NCBI GenBank assembly: GCA_964400745.1
Contig: CAYNVY010000004.1
Span: forward strand, 1 to 61,186
From: an uncultured Enterobacteriaceae bacterium
GTDB lineage: Bacteria > Pseudomonadota > Gammaproteobacteria > Burkholderiales > SG8-39
Direction: 5' to 3'
Length of the DNA: 61,186 nt
Shown in pieces: positions 20,046 to 30,312 of this stretch; the first letter of the stretch is position 1; every line of letters begins with the position of its first letter. Both the position numbers and the translations under genes were made by a program. Below the pieces are notes generated by a model. The model searched no databases and was not told where the DNA came from. It saw only the letters and a program-made list of their open reading frames with translations.

Positions 20046-20499
20046 CCGGCCAGGCCTCCGCTTCCCAGGCGACGGTGAGCTCGAGGTCCTCGCCATTCAA
20101 TTGCATCAGCAGCGCGTCCAGGGTGGCGCGGCTGTTCTGGATGCCCCACTGGCTGCGGCCGGTGCCGTTCGGCATGATGATGCTGGTATAGGCTGTGCCT
20201 GGCAGGATGCACCCATGCACCTGGGTGAAGTGCCCGAGCGCCGCGTCGCCGGCGAAGTTGCCGTTGTGGCACTCGACGTCGCCGCGGCCGGATTGGTCAT
20301 CGAAGCGGATCACGTTGTGCGCCAGGTGCGGGCTGAAGTACAGCCTGCCCACATAGCCGCCGGCCTTGATGCAGGAAATCCCCTTGGAATTTCCATGCCA
20401 TGGCAACTCAAGCGTGCTGCACTTCCACCCATTATCCAGCATCAGCTCGCCTGGGGTACCGAATTCCGTGCTCGCACGGCGCAACAATGTGCCTCTCAT
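20032..20499 (-). CDS. DUF5675-like protein, candidate endolysin
   Basis: TPGEL...TLELPW...SCIKAGGY...CHNGN...GCILPG pattern; lysin position. Confidence 0.7.
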   Translation of the reverse strand: MRGTLLRRASTEFGTPGELMLDNGWKCSTLELPWHGNSKGISCIKAGGYVGRLYFSPHLAHNVIRFDDQSGRGDVECHNGNFAGDAALGHFTQVHGCILPGTAYTSIIMPNGTGRSQWGIQNSRATLDALLMQLNGEDLELTVAWEAEAWPDDDV

Positions 20500-20762
20500 T
20501 TCGCCAACTCCCGCAGGATCATCTTGAGTAGCGGCACCCACAGCGGCGCGGACACGCCGGCGCCGATCATCACCCCGCCTATCCACTTCCACATATCGAG
20601 CCAGGCGTTCAGCCGCATCATGGTCGGCATCAGCGCGCACTTGACTGTCTCCGGTCTCAAAGGGTCTCCTTTCAAAAGCAACATGATTTCGCGGATATCG
20701 GCGGACTGCCGCTTATCCTCTTCGGCGTGCGCATGCCACTGATCGATGTCGATTCCTTCCAT
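20496..20762 (-). CDS. Single-TM lysis protein (holin/antiholin-like)
   Basis: C-terminal TM; ATGA-coupled to the next gene. Confidence 0.55.
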   Translation of the reverse strand: MEGIDIDQWHAHAEEDKRQSADIREIMLLLKGDPLRPETVKCALMPTMMRLNAWLDMWKWIGGVMIGAGVSAPLWVPLLKMILRELAK

Positions 20763-20773
20763 TCGCGTCGCTC

Positions 20774-21130
20774 CTATTTGCTTTTCGACTTACGCACTTC
20801 GCCGACTTGCAGCGACATCCAGTAGCCATACCAGGCCACCAGGCCCGCGAGCAGATACCAGTACGGGTAGCAGAGCCAGGCGGCTACGGCCACGATCGCG
20901 AAGTCGAGCGTCATGCCAAGCGGCACGCCGAATAGCGCAATCAACCGGAAGGTAAACGTCCACGGCTGCTCTTTGCCTCCGTGCTTCAGAATGTAGGTCG
21001 TGCTCCACCAATCGAAGAGCTTGAAGACGATCAGCGTCGACGCGAGATAGACATTCGGGAACAACCATCCGGCGCTGAGCGGCCCCCCCAGCACAGCGAG
21101 TATTCCGATAAAGTTCGCCAAATCGTTCAT
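20774..21130 (-). CDS. Phage membrane protein
   Basis: 118 aa, multiple TM segments. Confidence 0.6.
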   Translation of the reverse strand: MNDLANFIGILAVLGGPLSAGWLFPNVYLASTLIVFKLFDWWSTTYILKHGGKEQPWTFTFRLIALFGVPLGMTLDFAIVAVAAWLCYPYWYLLAGLVAWYGYWMSLQVGEVRKSKSK

Positions 21131-21146
21131 GTGAAGACTCCCAAAT

Positions 21147-21180
21147 GAAAACGCCCGCGAGGCTGCACCTGGCGGGCGTC
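21147..21180 (-). terminator. Intrinsic terminator-like hairpin between tail and lysis modules
   Basis: acgcccgc...gcgggcgt stem followed by tttc on the minus strand. Confidence 0.5.
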
Positions 21181-21200
21181 GGTGTAAGGGTTGTTTCAGA

Positions 21201-21608
21201 TCAGGTCGCGGCTTCGGTTTCCAGCAGTTCGGCCGCAACGACGGGCACCAAGATGCCTATGTAACGCTTCTTCAGCAGCGGCTTGATTCGGTCGCGGTCC
21301 TTCGGCTCGATGTCCTGCACGCCACCCTTGTGGATCCGCCGGGCGAGTTCCATGCGAGCCATGCGTTCATCGTCCGATAGATTGCGTTCGTCCTCGTATG
21401 CGCCCATCAGCGCGCCCAGGCATGCGGTTCTCAGCGTGAGCGCCGGTCCTGCGTGCGCATCGAGCGCCTTACCCAATGCCGTCTGTATATCGGGCGCCAA
21501 CTGCGGCCATACATCGTTGATCGCGGCCAGTAGCGTCTGAGGCGACGCCTCGCAGCGCACGGGGATCCCGTCCAGGTCAAGGATGACCTCGTCAAAATTC
21601 CGTTTCAA
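21201..21608 (-). CDS. Phage hypothetical protein (tail-fibre associated position)
   Basis: 135-aa ORF in the late operon. Confidence 0.6.
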   Translation of the reverse strand: MKRNFDEVILDLDGIPVRCEASPQTLLAAINDVWPQLAPDIQTALGKALDAHAGPALTLRTACLGALMGAYEDERNLSDDERMARMELARRIHKGGVQDIEPKDRDRIKPLLKKRYIGILVPVVAAELLETEAAT

Positions 21609-21890
21609 TCAAATCACCTTATCCAGTCGTACCAATTCTGAGCAGGCAGCGGCCAGGTTCACCTTCAGATTCACCAATACGTTATAGAAGATCTGCCCCT
21701 GGCCGGCGTCTAAGCCAAACTCGGTTTCCAGGGCTACATAGTCAGGCGGGTTGCTGCCCACCATTGCATCAAGATTACCTTTGATGCGATCCGCAAGTTG
21801 ACTCTGGGAGATGACGGTATTCACTAATCCAGCGATCGCTGTGCCACCAACCGTACTGTGACTGTCGTATTTAATCCTTGTCGATGCCAT
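21609..21890 (-). CDS. Phage hypothetical protein
   Basis: 93 aa, AAGGAG RBS, lower GC. Confidence 0.65.
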   Translation of the reverse strand: MASTRIKYDSHSTVGGTAIAGLVNTVISQSQLADRIKGNLDAMVGSNPPDYVALETEFGLDAGQGQIFYNVLVNLKVNLAAACSELVRLDKVI

Positions 21891-21905
21891 GACTCTTCTC
21901 CTTCA

Positions 21906-22943
21906 TTAGGTGTTATTTGCCCCGAACAGCGACGTGATGAAACTCAGCGTCGACCCGGTCTTATTTTGGATCTTGGCGTCACCCACTCCGCCGCCGGTTG
22001 CCCCCTGATATACATTAACGCTTGCTGCTTGGTTATAGGTTGTCGACCAGGTAATCCCCGCGCCGCCAGATGAAATTTTTACCATCGCGGCCAAATCTGC
22101 CGAAAAACCGAACAGTGCCCAGGCACCCGTAACTGTGGTCTCTCGCACGAGCATCAGATGCACCGAGGCTCCTGTGGGGATAGCCACCGTCGCGACCGCG
22201 CTGTCAACTACAGAGCCGGTGGCCACCGAACTGGAATATGCGGTCCCGGACGTGGACAAATTCACGCCTCCGATGGTCGCCCGCCCCGTCACGCCCAAGG
22301 CAGCAGGGAGAGCAACGGACCCGGCACCATTAAAGGTCGCGAGCAACGTTCCAAAATTGGCGGAATACAGCTTTATGTCACCCGTTCCTTTTGAGGAAAT
22401 TGCAAGTGTCACGTTGGAATCCGATCCTCCCTTGGCAGATAGAGCCGGCGTAACTCCATTCGCAGCCCCCTCAAATTGCAGGTAATTCGCCGCGGTACTG
22501 CCTACCGTCGCGTTGCCTGTCACCCCCAGAGCGCCGACTGCATAGAGATCACCAAAAACGTTTCTCTGACGTTTGTCGGTCACGCCGGTCACGTCGGTGC
22601 CATTCGTAACCGCGGCGAACATCGGAATCTTGCCGGCGGTGAATCCAGATGTGTTCTTGCTTATCACTCCCGCCTGAGTGCGCTCAACGTAGTTGGTCTG
22701 GCTGGCCGTAAGCGCGATCGTGCCGTCAGCGATCGTCGTAAGCGATCCACCCGAGGAGATCACGCCGCCGTAGTACCCGGCGTTGAGGCCCGAGGTCGCG
22801 TTGCGCTTGTAGCCGAATGCGTAGCCGGTCGCCGCGTAATCGATCTTGTCGCTGTCAAGCGTCAGCTGTGCGCGCAGGTTCGCGTCCTTCACCGGGTAAT
22901 CGGTGCCGGGATTGGTCTGGGCGAAAACGCTGTAGTCGGACAT
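21906..22943 (-). CDS. Tail fibre / receptor-binding protein
   Basis: Gly/Ser/Thr/Ala-rich, repeated ALGVTG motif, last large tail gene. Confidence 0.65.
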   Translation of the reverse strand: MSDYSVFAQTNPGTDYPVKDANLRAQLTLDSDKIDYAATGYAFGYKRNATSGLNAGYYGGVISSGGSLTTIADGTIALTASQTNYVERTQAGVISKNTSGFTAGKIPMFAAVTNGTDVTGVTDKRQRNVFGDLYAVGALGVTGNATVGSTAANYLQFEGAANGVTPALSAKGGSDSNVTLAISSKGTGDIKLYSANFGTLLATFNGAGSVALPAALGVTGRATIGGVNLSTSGTAYSSSVATGSVVDSAVATVAIPTGASVHLMLVRETTVTGAWALFGFSADLAAMVKISSGGAGITWSTTYNQAASVNVYQGATGGGVGDAKIQNKTGSTLSFITSLFGANNT

Positions 22944-22946
22944 GGA

Positions 22947-23786
22947 TCAGGCCTCCGCGAGCACGAGCTCGCTCTGGTAGTTGAGCGGATGGTCGTTGGT
23001 GAGATCGGGCATCTGGATGATCTTGACCACGGCTGAGTAGTCGCGGTCCTTGGTATCACCCTGCCCCGGATACATGGACAGGAACAGGTCCCGGCTCTTT
23101 CCGGATACGCGCAGGATCTCCGCCAGGCCGGCGCGATCGGCTTCAGCGAGCCAGTTCATGTCGAAGCGGAACACGCGATACGGTTCACGGCTGTCGGTGC
23201 GCAGGCTGCCGCCGTCGGTCCGCTCCTGGGTCGAGTCGTCTTCCCAGCGCATTTTCCCGCCGTAGGAGAAATTGTCCGGTGGAGAAAAATATTGCCCCAG
23301 GAACACGCGCGAGGCCTGCACGTAGCCGGCGGTGTTCGCCGGGTCCGCGATCTGCAGCTCGAACGACAGCGCCGATACCGGCGAGAACCAGAGGATCGCG
23401 CACGCCACCGGCCAGTTCTGAAATAGCCAGGCGCCGTAGGTATCGACGCCGTAGACGTACTGGCCATAGGGAACGATGCTGCCGATCGCCACGGAGCCGG
23501 AATCATAGAGCAGCGTCCCGGTGCGCCCGGATCCGGCCCACAGTTTCAGGCGCAGCGTCGCCGCGCCCGTCAGGTTGTGGCGCCAGAGTACGAAGCCGCT
23601 GCATGCCTGCGACGCGGTCCAATCGCCGCGTATGTACTGCGGCGCCGGCAGTCCGACGCTGCGCGCGACGCGCGCGCGCGCCATGTCCTGCAGGTTGTTG
23701 ACCGGCAGCGTGGCCACCATCGACGGCGAGTCGGTGAGCGTGGCCAGGTCAAACAGGTTCGGCGCGATCAGACGGACATTGGCCAT
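22947..23786 (-). CDS. Minor tail protein
   Basis: 279 aa, beta-rich, downstream of the tape measure gene. Confidence 0.65.
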   Translation of the reverse strand: MANVRLIAPNLFDLATLTDSPSMVATLPVNNLQDMARARVARSVGLPAPQYIRGDWTASQACSGFVLWRHNLTGAATLRLKLWAGSGRTGTLLYDSGSVAIGSIVPYGQYVYGVDTYGAWLFQNWPVACAILWFSPVSALSFELQIADPANTAGYVQASRVFLGQYFSPPDNFSYGGKMRWEDDSTQERTDGGSLRTDSREPYRVFRFDMNWLAEADRAGLAEILRVSGKSRDLFLSMYPGQGDTKDRDYSAVVKIIQMPDLTNDHPLNYQSELVLAEA

Positions 23787-23787
23787 G

Positions 23788-25260
23788 CTATATCCACAGT
23801 TCGAGCGCCACGCGGTTGCGCGTGACTTCCTCGGTGAAGCCGACGACGATGGCGTCGGCGCCGGCCGCGAAACCAAAGCGCGGGTGCGTGAGGCTCACTT
23901 CGCTCCCCAGGCTCGTCGTGTAGGGCGCAACGTAGCCAGCGGCCGCATAGGTGGTGCGCACCTGGTCGTACAGGCTCTGCAGTCGCGTCGCCTCGGTCGA
24001 GGCCTCGGCGGACAGCGCGATCAGCGTTTCCATCACGGCCGGCTGCTGCGCCGTCTTGAACGTCGTGAATAGTCCCGCATCGGTCGCCTTGGCCACCAGG
24101 CAAGGTGCAGCGTAAAGCGCACGGTTCGCCTCGGTCACCGCGCCGGCGAGTCCATCCGTCTGCACCGTCCAGTTCTTCTGATAACCGAGGCGCAGCGTCG
24201 CGATCGGGATCTCGCGCCGCTCGATCGACAGCATCTTGGCGCGAATGTCGTCCGCCGTGAGCGTGAGCACCGCAGTCCCCGTGGGCGCGGACAATCGCCC
24301 GAGCTGCAGCAGTCCCGCCCGGGAAAACGTCCAGAAGCCGCCCACCGACGTCACCAGCTGGTCGATCACGTCGATCAGGTTCTGCCGGTCCTTCACGTAC
24401 AGGCCGAGCGTCTGCGGGCAGGTCGTGTTGAACGCGGTGAAGTTCGCCGTGTCGATATCGGAGCTGGTGAGCTGCGAATGCCCGGTGACCAGCGCCTGGA
24501 CGATGTCGGCGCACTTGGTCAGGTAGGTCCCGCCCGGCTTCGCGCCCTTCACGTCCGCGGTGACACGGCCAGCCGGCGTCGCGTTGAGCGTGAAGCGGCC
24601 GTTCGCCAGGTCCTTCGTATAGGCCACGCTCACGCCGTTGTCGCGCACATCGGTGACGTCGTTGATCGCGCCGTCGTGCACCCGGTAGGCGTGGGTGGCG
24701 GCGGTCTCCAGCACCGGCTCGACGTTGAAGCACTGCCCGTAGCACAAGGGCTGCGGCTGGTCGAGGTTCGCCGTGGATCCGGTCATCAGCGTCGTCTGCG
24801 CCGGCACGTTCAGCATCCAGCTCTTGTCGCTGATCTTGAGGCTGATGCGGTCGCGCTGCGGCGAGGAGATATCCGCCGTGATACCGTCCAGGATCAGGCG
24901 GAAATCCGATTTCGCCCAGTCCGGATCGCCCAGGTACATCTTGACGCTGCGCCCGTCCCAGCCGTCGGCCATCCACGCATCGCGATCGCCGTTTTCGTTC
25001 GTGACAATCAGATCGCCCCAGTCCGGAATCGAGCGGCCGGTGAACAGTTCCGACAGCTTGGAACTGAACGTCGGTACCGAGATCAGGATGTCGTCGTACG
25101 CCTGGTTCGCCGGCGTGTCGGTCGGCTCGGACACGAAGGCGCGGTTTGAAAAATACCGCGTTACCTCCGATGCGCCGGAATAAGCCTTCGCTTCGACCAG
25201 GACACAGCGTTGCCGGTCGCGGAACAACCACTCCTGGAACTGGGCGTTGCTGATTGTCAT
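23788..25260 (-). CDS. Tail tip/hub protein
   Basis: 490 aa directly after the tape measure gene; QPLCYGQCFNVEPV motif. Confidence 0.7.
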   Translation of the reverse strand: MTISNAQFQEWLFRDRQRCVLVEAKAYSGASEVTRYFSNRAFVSEPTDTPANQAYDDILISVPTFSSKLSELFTGRSIPDWGDLIVTNENGDRDAWMADGWDGRSVKMYLGDPDWAKSDFRLILDGITADISSPQRDRISLKISDKSWMLNVPAQTTLMTGSTANLDQPQPLCYGQCFNVEPVLETAATHAYRVHDGAINDVTDVRDNGVSVAYTKDLANGRFTLNATPAGRVTADVKGAKPGGTYLTKCADIVQALVTGHSQLTSSDIDTANFTAFNTTCPQTLGLYVKDRQNLIDVIDQLVTSVGGFWTFSRAGLLQLGRLSAPTGTAVLTLTADDIRAKMLSIERREIPIATLRLGYQKNWTVQTDGLAGAVTEANRALYAAPCLVAKATDAGLFTTFKTAQQPAVMETLIALSAEASTEATRLQSLYDQVRTTYAAAGYVAPYTTSLGSEVSLTHPRFGFAAGADAIVVGFTEEVTRNRVALELWI

Positions 25261-25273
25261 CAGGCCCCCGTCG

Positions 25274-28200
25274 TTACGCCCTGGTGGCGGCTTCCTGGGC
25301 GCGCGCGACGGTGCGCCCCATGCTGACGGCGCTATCCTCGACCGCCGCGGCCAGACGGGCGGTTTGTTCCTTCACGTCGCGGCTGGAAATCGCGGCCACG
25401 TTCTGCACCGCCGTGCGGATCTCGCGCAGGTCCGACCGCAGCGAGGCGAGGTCGGCGGTCGATATCGCCGCGCCGCCATTGCGCCAGCTAGCGGCCTGTG
25501 CAGACGTAAGGACGGCCTCGTCTGCGTGCAGCTCGGCCCGGTAGCCGTCGTAGGGCACACGATCGAGCCCCATGGCGTGCTTGGGGAGGGCCTGGTAGGC
25601 GCTGACGGCCGCGCTCCACTCCTGCCAGTATTGCCCCATCAACCGGTCCATATCCGCCGCGTATTTGGCCGGGTAGTTGAAGATGGCGGCGGTGCCGGTG
25701 GCGACGTTCGGCGTATTGGTGATCCCGGCGCCGCCGTTGCTGGCGGCCCAGTTGGAAATCAGGCCGGTCGTGGTTTGCAGCGTCGCCAGGGCGTTGGTGT
25801 AATCGGACTGCAGCTTCGCCGCCTGGGCGGCTGCCAGCGCGGCAGCATTGGCAGCGGCGTCCGCTGCCGCTTTCGCCGCCGCCCGGGCCGCGTCGGCTTT
25901 CGCCTGATCCGCGGCTGCCTGTGCCGCCGCCTGCGCCGCTGCAGCACCGGCCTGCCCCTGCAGCGTAATCCACTGCTGCAGCAGGACCACCACCTTGTCG
26001 ACGCCGGTGTTGATCCCGACCAGGCTGGAACTCTGCGTGACGTTCGACGAAACGAGGGTTTGCAGCTGCCCATCCGAGTAGCCGGAGATATCCCCCAGCA
26101 GCTTCGCCTGCGTGGCCAGGATGGCCGAATCCGGGCTCGGCTTGGCGAGTTCGGTCTTGATGCTGCCGAGCACGACGAGCTGCGCATCGAGCACCAGGGC
26201 CGTATGGTCCGCCGCCGTCGCCTGCGCCGTGCTCGATATCCCCGCCCGGGCGAGCATGTCCATCACCTTGTTGAAGTCGGAGGTATAGGCCGCCGAGGAC
26301 GCGTTGTAGTTGCGGCTGGCAGTGAGGAAATCGGTGGCGAGCTGCGGCAGTGCCGAGAGCGAGGCCGAATCGCCCAACATCGCCTTGGCGAATGTGGCGT
26401 CGAGATTGCCGGTCGCTTCGGAAAGCTTCTGCCCCGGCAGGAGCGGCGAGAGGTCGCCCCCGCGCAATTGGCGCACCGCCTCGAGCATCGAGGCGGCGAT
26501 CTGGCGGAACGCGTCCGCCGACTGGCGCGCGGCCTGCGAGGCTGCCTGCGATGCGCTGATCTGCGCATCCACCGCTTCCTGCGCCGCGTTCTGCATGTCG
26601 CCCACCTGCTGCACGAGGATATCGACTGCGGTGGTCGCGCTTGTCGCCGCATCGGCTAGGCGCGCGAACGCCGGCGCGATCGCGAGCAGCACCGCGAAGG
26701 TATCGCGGCCGGCGGCCGAGGTCAGGTCCAGGCCTTCGACGATCGAGCGGAACGCCGACCTGGTGCTCGGCGCGGCGAGTCCCATGGCGGAGAACACGTC
26801 GGAGATCTTGGCCGCGTCCTGGGCGTCTTTTTCCGCCTGGGTGTACATGGCGTTGTAATACGCGGTGAACGCGGAGGACAGGTTGGACGCGCTGCCGAAC
26901 GTGGCGATCAGCTGCTCGGAAATGGACACGATCCCCTCGTTCACCGAGGGGAAGGTCTTGCCGAGCGCATCGAACACCGCCTTGACGGTTTTCGCGTCGC
27001 TCACCAGCCGATCATAGGTTTGCGCCAGGCTTTCGTTGCCCGCCTGGTAATCCTTGAGATTCGGGATCAGCTGCTGCGCGATCTGCTCGACCATCGAGCC
27101 GAGCGCAGTCTGCATGTCGGCCTGCACGCCCTGGCCGGTCGCGCCCATGTGCACGATGAGCGATTCGATGCCGGTCACGGTCAATCCGACCGACTTTGCC
27201 GACGCCGTCATATCCGAGAACACTTTTCCGATCGCCTGATTGAACGCAGAGAGCATGTCGGCCGAGAGCGCGCCATGCACCGAGCCGCCCCAGATATCGG
27301 TCGGGCTGGAGCCGTAGGCCGTGTACTGCGTCCCGGAGAACCCGCCAGCCTGAGTAATCGTGGACTGCGCGCCCAGGCCGCCGAATTGCGCCGTGGCCGA
27401 GCGGCTCTTACCGCCGAAGACGCCGAGCGAATTCAGGAGCCCGTAAGCTGCAAGCGCCAGACCGACTGCCGGGATCGCGGCGCCGGCGGCGAGTCCGAAC
27501 TCACCGGCTCCCAGGAATGTCCCCGCGCTGCCCAGGCCGCCCAGAACGCCATTCGCACCCACGTATTGCAGCCCCGCGCCGAACCCGGTACCCGAGAGCA
27601 TGGATGACGTGCCAAGCGCGGAAAACAGGCTGCCGCCGCCGCCCATGAGCGAATTGGCGATGGACAGTCCGTTGCTCGCCACGCCGAGCCCCGACGACGA
27701 TGTCGCGGCGCCGGCGAGGCCTGCCGAAGTCATCGCCGCGTTGGCCACGCTGGTCAGTCCGAGCGAACCGGCCGTGCCGGCGATGATCTGCAGCACGATC
27801 GGCCGCGCAAAGAACATGTAGATCTGGTCGGCGACCAGCTTCTTGAACGATGAGGCCATCGCCTTCAGGAATCCGTCCCAGCCGCCCCCCAGCTTGTCGA
27901 ACATGCGCACGAACCCGTGCTGCACATCGTGGTCGATGGTATCGACGGTCTTTTTCGCCTCTGCCTGGATCTGGCGCTGCAGCTCATCTGCCGCCTTGCG
28001 CGTATCGAGCAGCGACTGCTGGCCCGCGATCTGGCGGCGCAGATCCACCTCACGCTTCATCCGTTCGAGGTAATCGTCCATGACGCCGTTCGCGGTCGCG
28101 ATGGCGAGCGTTTCCTCGGCCCGCGCCTGGCGCGCGGCGGCGATCTGCCCCGTCGTCATGCCGTAGAAGTCGATCTGCTCCTGCAGCGTGCGCGATTCGT

Positions 28201-29947
28201 TTTCGAGGCCCTGCAGGTAATTGTTCCAGTTCTGCTCGTAGGCTTCGAGCGCCTTGCGCTGCTCTTCGCGCGCCGTCGCCAGATCCTTCTGCGCCTGGAT
28301 CGCCTTGTCGCTCGCGATCAGCTCCTCCAGACTCTTGGCGAGAAAGATTTTCTGGGCGTCGGTCAGCTTCAGCACGCCGTCGCGCAGGTCCACCATCACC
28401 TTCGCCGCCAGCTTCTGACCTTCGGTCAGGGCGGTATCGCTCTGCAGTTCGAGCGTGTTGACGGCGATGCGCTCCTGGATCTGTTTGATCAGGGCTTCGT
28501 AGGCCTTCGTCGAATCGTCGGCTGCTTTCGTCTGGATCGCCACAGCGTTGGTGTTCTTTTTTACCGCTTGCTCCACCTTGATTTGAGAGATTTCGTAATC
28601 TTCCATTTCCGTGGTGATGGCGGTCACCCCCGAAAGATTCTTATCCAGTTCCGCCTTTAACGATGCCTGCGCGCGCGCGAATTCTCCGGTGCGATCGGCG
28701 GCCGAGCGCAGCGAAGCGGAGACTTCATTGATGAAGGCCGCCGGGCCGCTCATGCCTGGCAGCATGGAAAGTCCCTTCGCGAATAGCTCCAAAAAGCCTG
28801 CAAGCTTATTCTGCATCGAGCCGATGATCGTCCAGAATCCTTCCTTGATACCGAGCCATGCGACTTGCGCACCATATTTAAGGTATTCCCAGCCTTTCAT
28901 CATCGCGCCAATGAAGTCGATGCCGAAAAGGCGCGCTTCGAGAAAATTCCGCTGCGCCCAGGAGCCGAGTTCCCAACCAGCCCACGCTGCGATCAACAGG
29001 CCGGATGCGACTGTCAATGCTCCAACAGCGCCGGATGCCGCCAATGCGAAGGCCGATGTGCCCCCGAGCATCATGTTCATGGCGGCGAAGCCCTGAGCGA
29101 CCTTCCCCGCTGCGAACGCTTCTGCAGCGATAGTGACGGCTGCTGCTACCGTCTGAAATGCTGCGATCGCCGGGCCGATAATTGCCGGGACGACGACAAA
29201 TGCAGCGAATGCCGTCCCCAACACGATCGCCATAGGCTTGACCAAATCAAGCAACTTCGTGAGCGTCGGCAACAATTCCGACGCCAAGTGCATGAACCAG
29301 GCCTTGCTCGCGGACTGCATCTTGGTGATCGCGACCTCGAATTTATGCGCCTCGGCCGCCTGCTGTTTGGTCACCTTGGCGTTGTCCAGCCCCCGCTCCG
29401 CAAGCGACATCAGGAACGGCAGGATGGTGGCGCCCGCCTTGCCGAAGAGCTGCTGCGCATAGGCCACCCGCTGGGTCTCGTTCGTCATGCCGGCGAGGCT
29501 CTTGGCCACTTCCAGCATCATCTGGTCGGAACTCTTCAGCTGGCCGTTGGAGTCCTTTACCGACAGGCCCAGTTCCTCGAAGGTCGCCTGCGCCTTGCCG
29601 CCGCCGCGCGCGATCTCCAGCATGTTCTTGGATAGGATGGTGGAGGCCTTGGCCACGCCTTCGAACTCGACGCCGGATTCCTTCGCCGCCGAGCGCATGG
29701 CCGAGAGCGACTCGACCGACTGGCCGGTGATCATGGAGAGCTTGTGCAGCTCGTCCATGGCTTTGATCGAATTGTCGATGAGCTTGGAGAAAATGCCGAC
29801 GGAGAACCCGCCGGCCATCAGCTGGAACGCGCCGCCCAGGGAGCCGACGCTGCCGATCATGTCCTGGACGCGCCGCTTCATCGATTCGAAGGCGGCCGCG
29901 CTCTTGTCCTCGGCGGTGAGCTCGAAGCGTTGGATCTGCACGCCCAT
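25274..29947 (-). CDS. Tail tape measure protein
   Basis: 1557 aa, Ala-rich helical, follows the tail chaperones. Confidence 0.92.
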   Translation of the reverse strand: MGVQIQRFELTAEDKSAAAFESMKRRVQDMIGSVGSLGGAFQLMAGGFSVGIFSKLIDNSIKAMDELHKLSMITGQSVESLSAMRSAAKESGVEFEGVAKASTILSKNMLEIARGGGKAQATFEELGLSVKDSNGQLKSSDQMMLEVAKSLAGMTNETQRVAYAQQLFGKAGATILPFLMSLAERGLDNAKVTKQQAAEAHKFEVAITKMQSASKAWFMHLASELLPTLTKLLDLVKPMAIVLGTAFAAFVVVPAIIGPAIAAFQTVAAAVTIAAEAFAAGKVAQGFAAMNMMLGGTSAFALAASGAVGALTVASGLLIAAWAGWELGSWAQRNFLEARLFGIDFIGAMMKGWEYLKYGAQVAWLGIKEGFWTIIGSMQNKLAGFLELFAKGLSMLPGMSGPAAFINEVSASLRSAADRTGEFARAQASLKAELDKNLSGVTAITTEMEDYEISQIKVEQAVKKNTNAVAIQTKAADDSTKAYEALIKQIQERIAVNTLELQSDTALTEGQKLAAKVMVDLRDGVLKLTDAQKIFLAKSLEELIASDKAIQAQKDLATAREEQRKALEAYEQNWNNYLQGLENESRTLQEQIDFYGMTTGQIAAARQARAEETLAIATANGVMDDYLERMKREVDLRRQIAGQQSLLDTRKAADELQRQIQAEAKKTVDTIDHDVQHGFVRMFDKLGGGWDGFLKAMASSFKKLVADQIYMFFARPIVLQIIAGTAGSLGLTSVANAAMTSAGLAGAATSSSGLGVASNGLSIANSLMGGGGSLFSALGTSSMLSGTGFGAGLQYVGANGVLGGLGSAGTFLGAGEFGLAAGAAIPAVGLALAAYGLLNSLGVFGGKSRSATAQFGGLGAQSTITQAGGFSGTQYTAYGSSPTDIWGGSVHGALSADMLSAFNQAIGKVFSDMTASAKSVGLTVTGIESLIVHMGATGQGVQADMQTALGSMVEQIAQQLIPNLKDYQAGNESLAQTYDRLVSDAKTVKAVFDALGKTFPSVNEGIVSISEQLIATFGSASNLSSAFTAYYNAMYTQAEKDAQDAAKISDVFSAMGLAAPSTRSAFRSIVEGLDLTSAAGRDTFAVLLAIAPAFARLADAATSATTAVDILVQQVGDMQNAAQEAVDAQISASQAASQAARQSADAFRQIAASMLEAVRQLRGGDLSPLLPGQKLSEATGNLDATFAKAMLGDSASLSALPQLATDFLTASRNYNASSAAYTSDFNKVMDMLARAGISSTAQATAADHTALVLDAQLVVLGSIKTELAKPSPDSAILATQAKLLGDISGYSDGQLQTLVSSNVTQSSSLVGINTGVDKVVVLLQQWITLQGQAGAAAAQAAAQAAADQAKADAARAAAKAAADAAANAAALAAAQAAKLQSDYTNALATLQTTTGLISNWAASNGGAGITNTPNVATGTAAIFNYPAKYAADMDRLMGQYWQEWSAAVSAYQALPKHAMGLDRVPYDGYRAELHADEAVLTSAQAASWRNGGAAISTADLASLRSDLREIRTAVQNVAAISSRDVKEQTARLAAAVEDSAVSMGRTVARAQEAATRA

Positions 29948-30312
29948 CTATTTCTCCTTGCCCTTTTTCGCCATGCACTCCACGTAAGCGGAGTCCAGCG
30001 CGCGGATCAGGCAAAAAAACGTTTCGACTTCTTCTATCCCGAAGAGATCGCAATAGGCGCGGATCTCGGTGACCGGGATCGCGCCGACGGCAAAACCGAT
30101 CTGCCGCGACGGCGAGAGCCGGTGAAAGGCGATCAGATACTCGACGTTGTCGTCATCGAGGTCCGGCGGCGCCAGCTGGTTCGCCCCCTGGTCGATGTAG
30201 GCATCGATCGCCTCGGCGCCGACGCCCCAGCTCACGAGGTCGCGCCGCAAATCATCGTTCGCGGCGCTGTCGCGCTCGCCCTGCGCCAGCTGCCAGCGCA
30301 GGGCCTCGACTA
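29948..30312 (-). CDS. Tail assembly chaperone, gpT-like frameshift extension
   Basis: Frame is open from the slippery site (LVEALRWQ...) to 29948; IRALDSAY motif. Confidence 0.75.

Noticed and set aside
21906-22943. Tail fibre as a third DGR target
   Set aside because: Its 3' end shows no similarity to TR by eye and no CLec motif; a computational alignment would confirm this.
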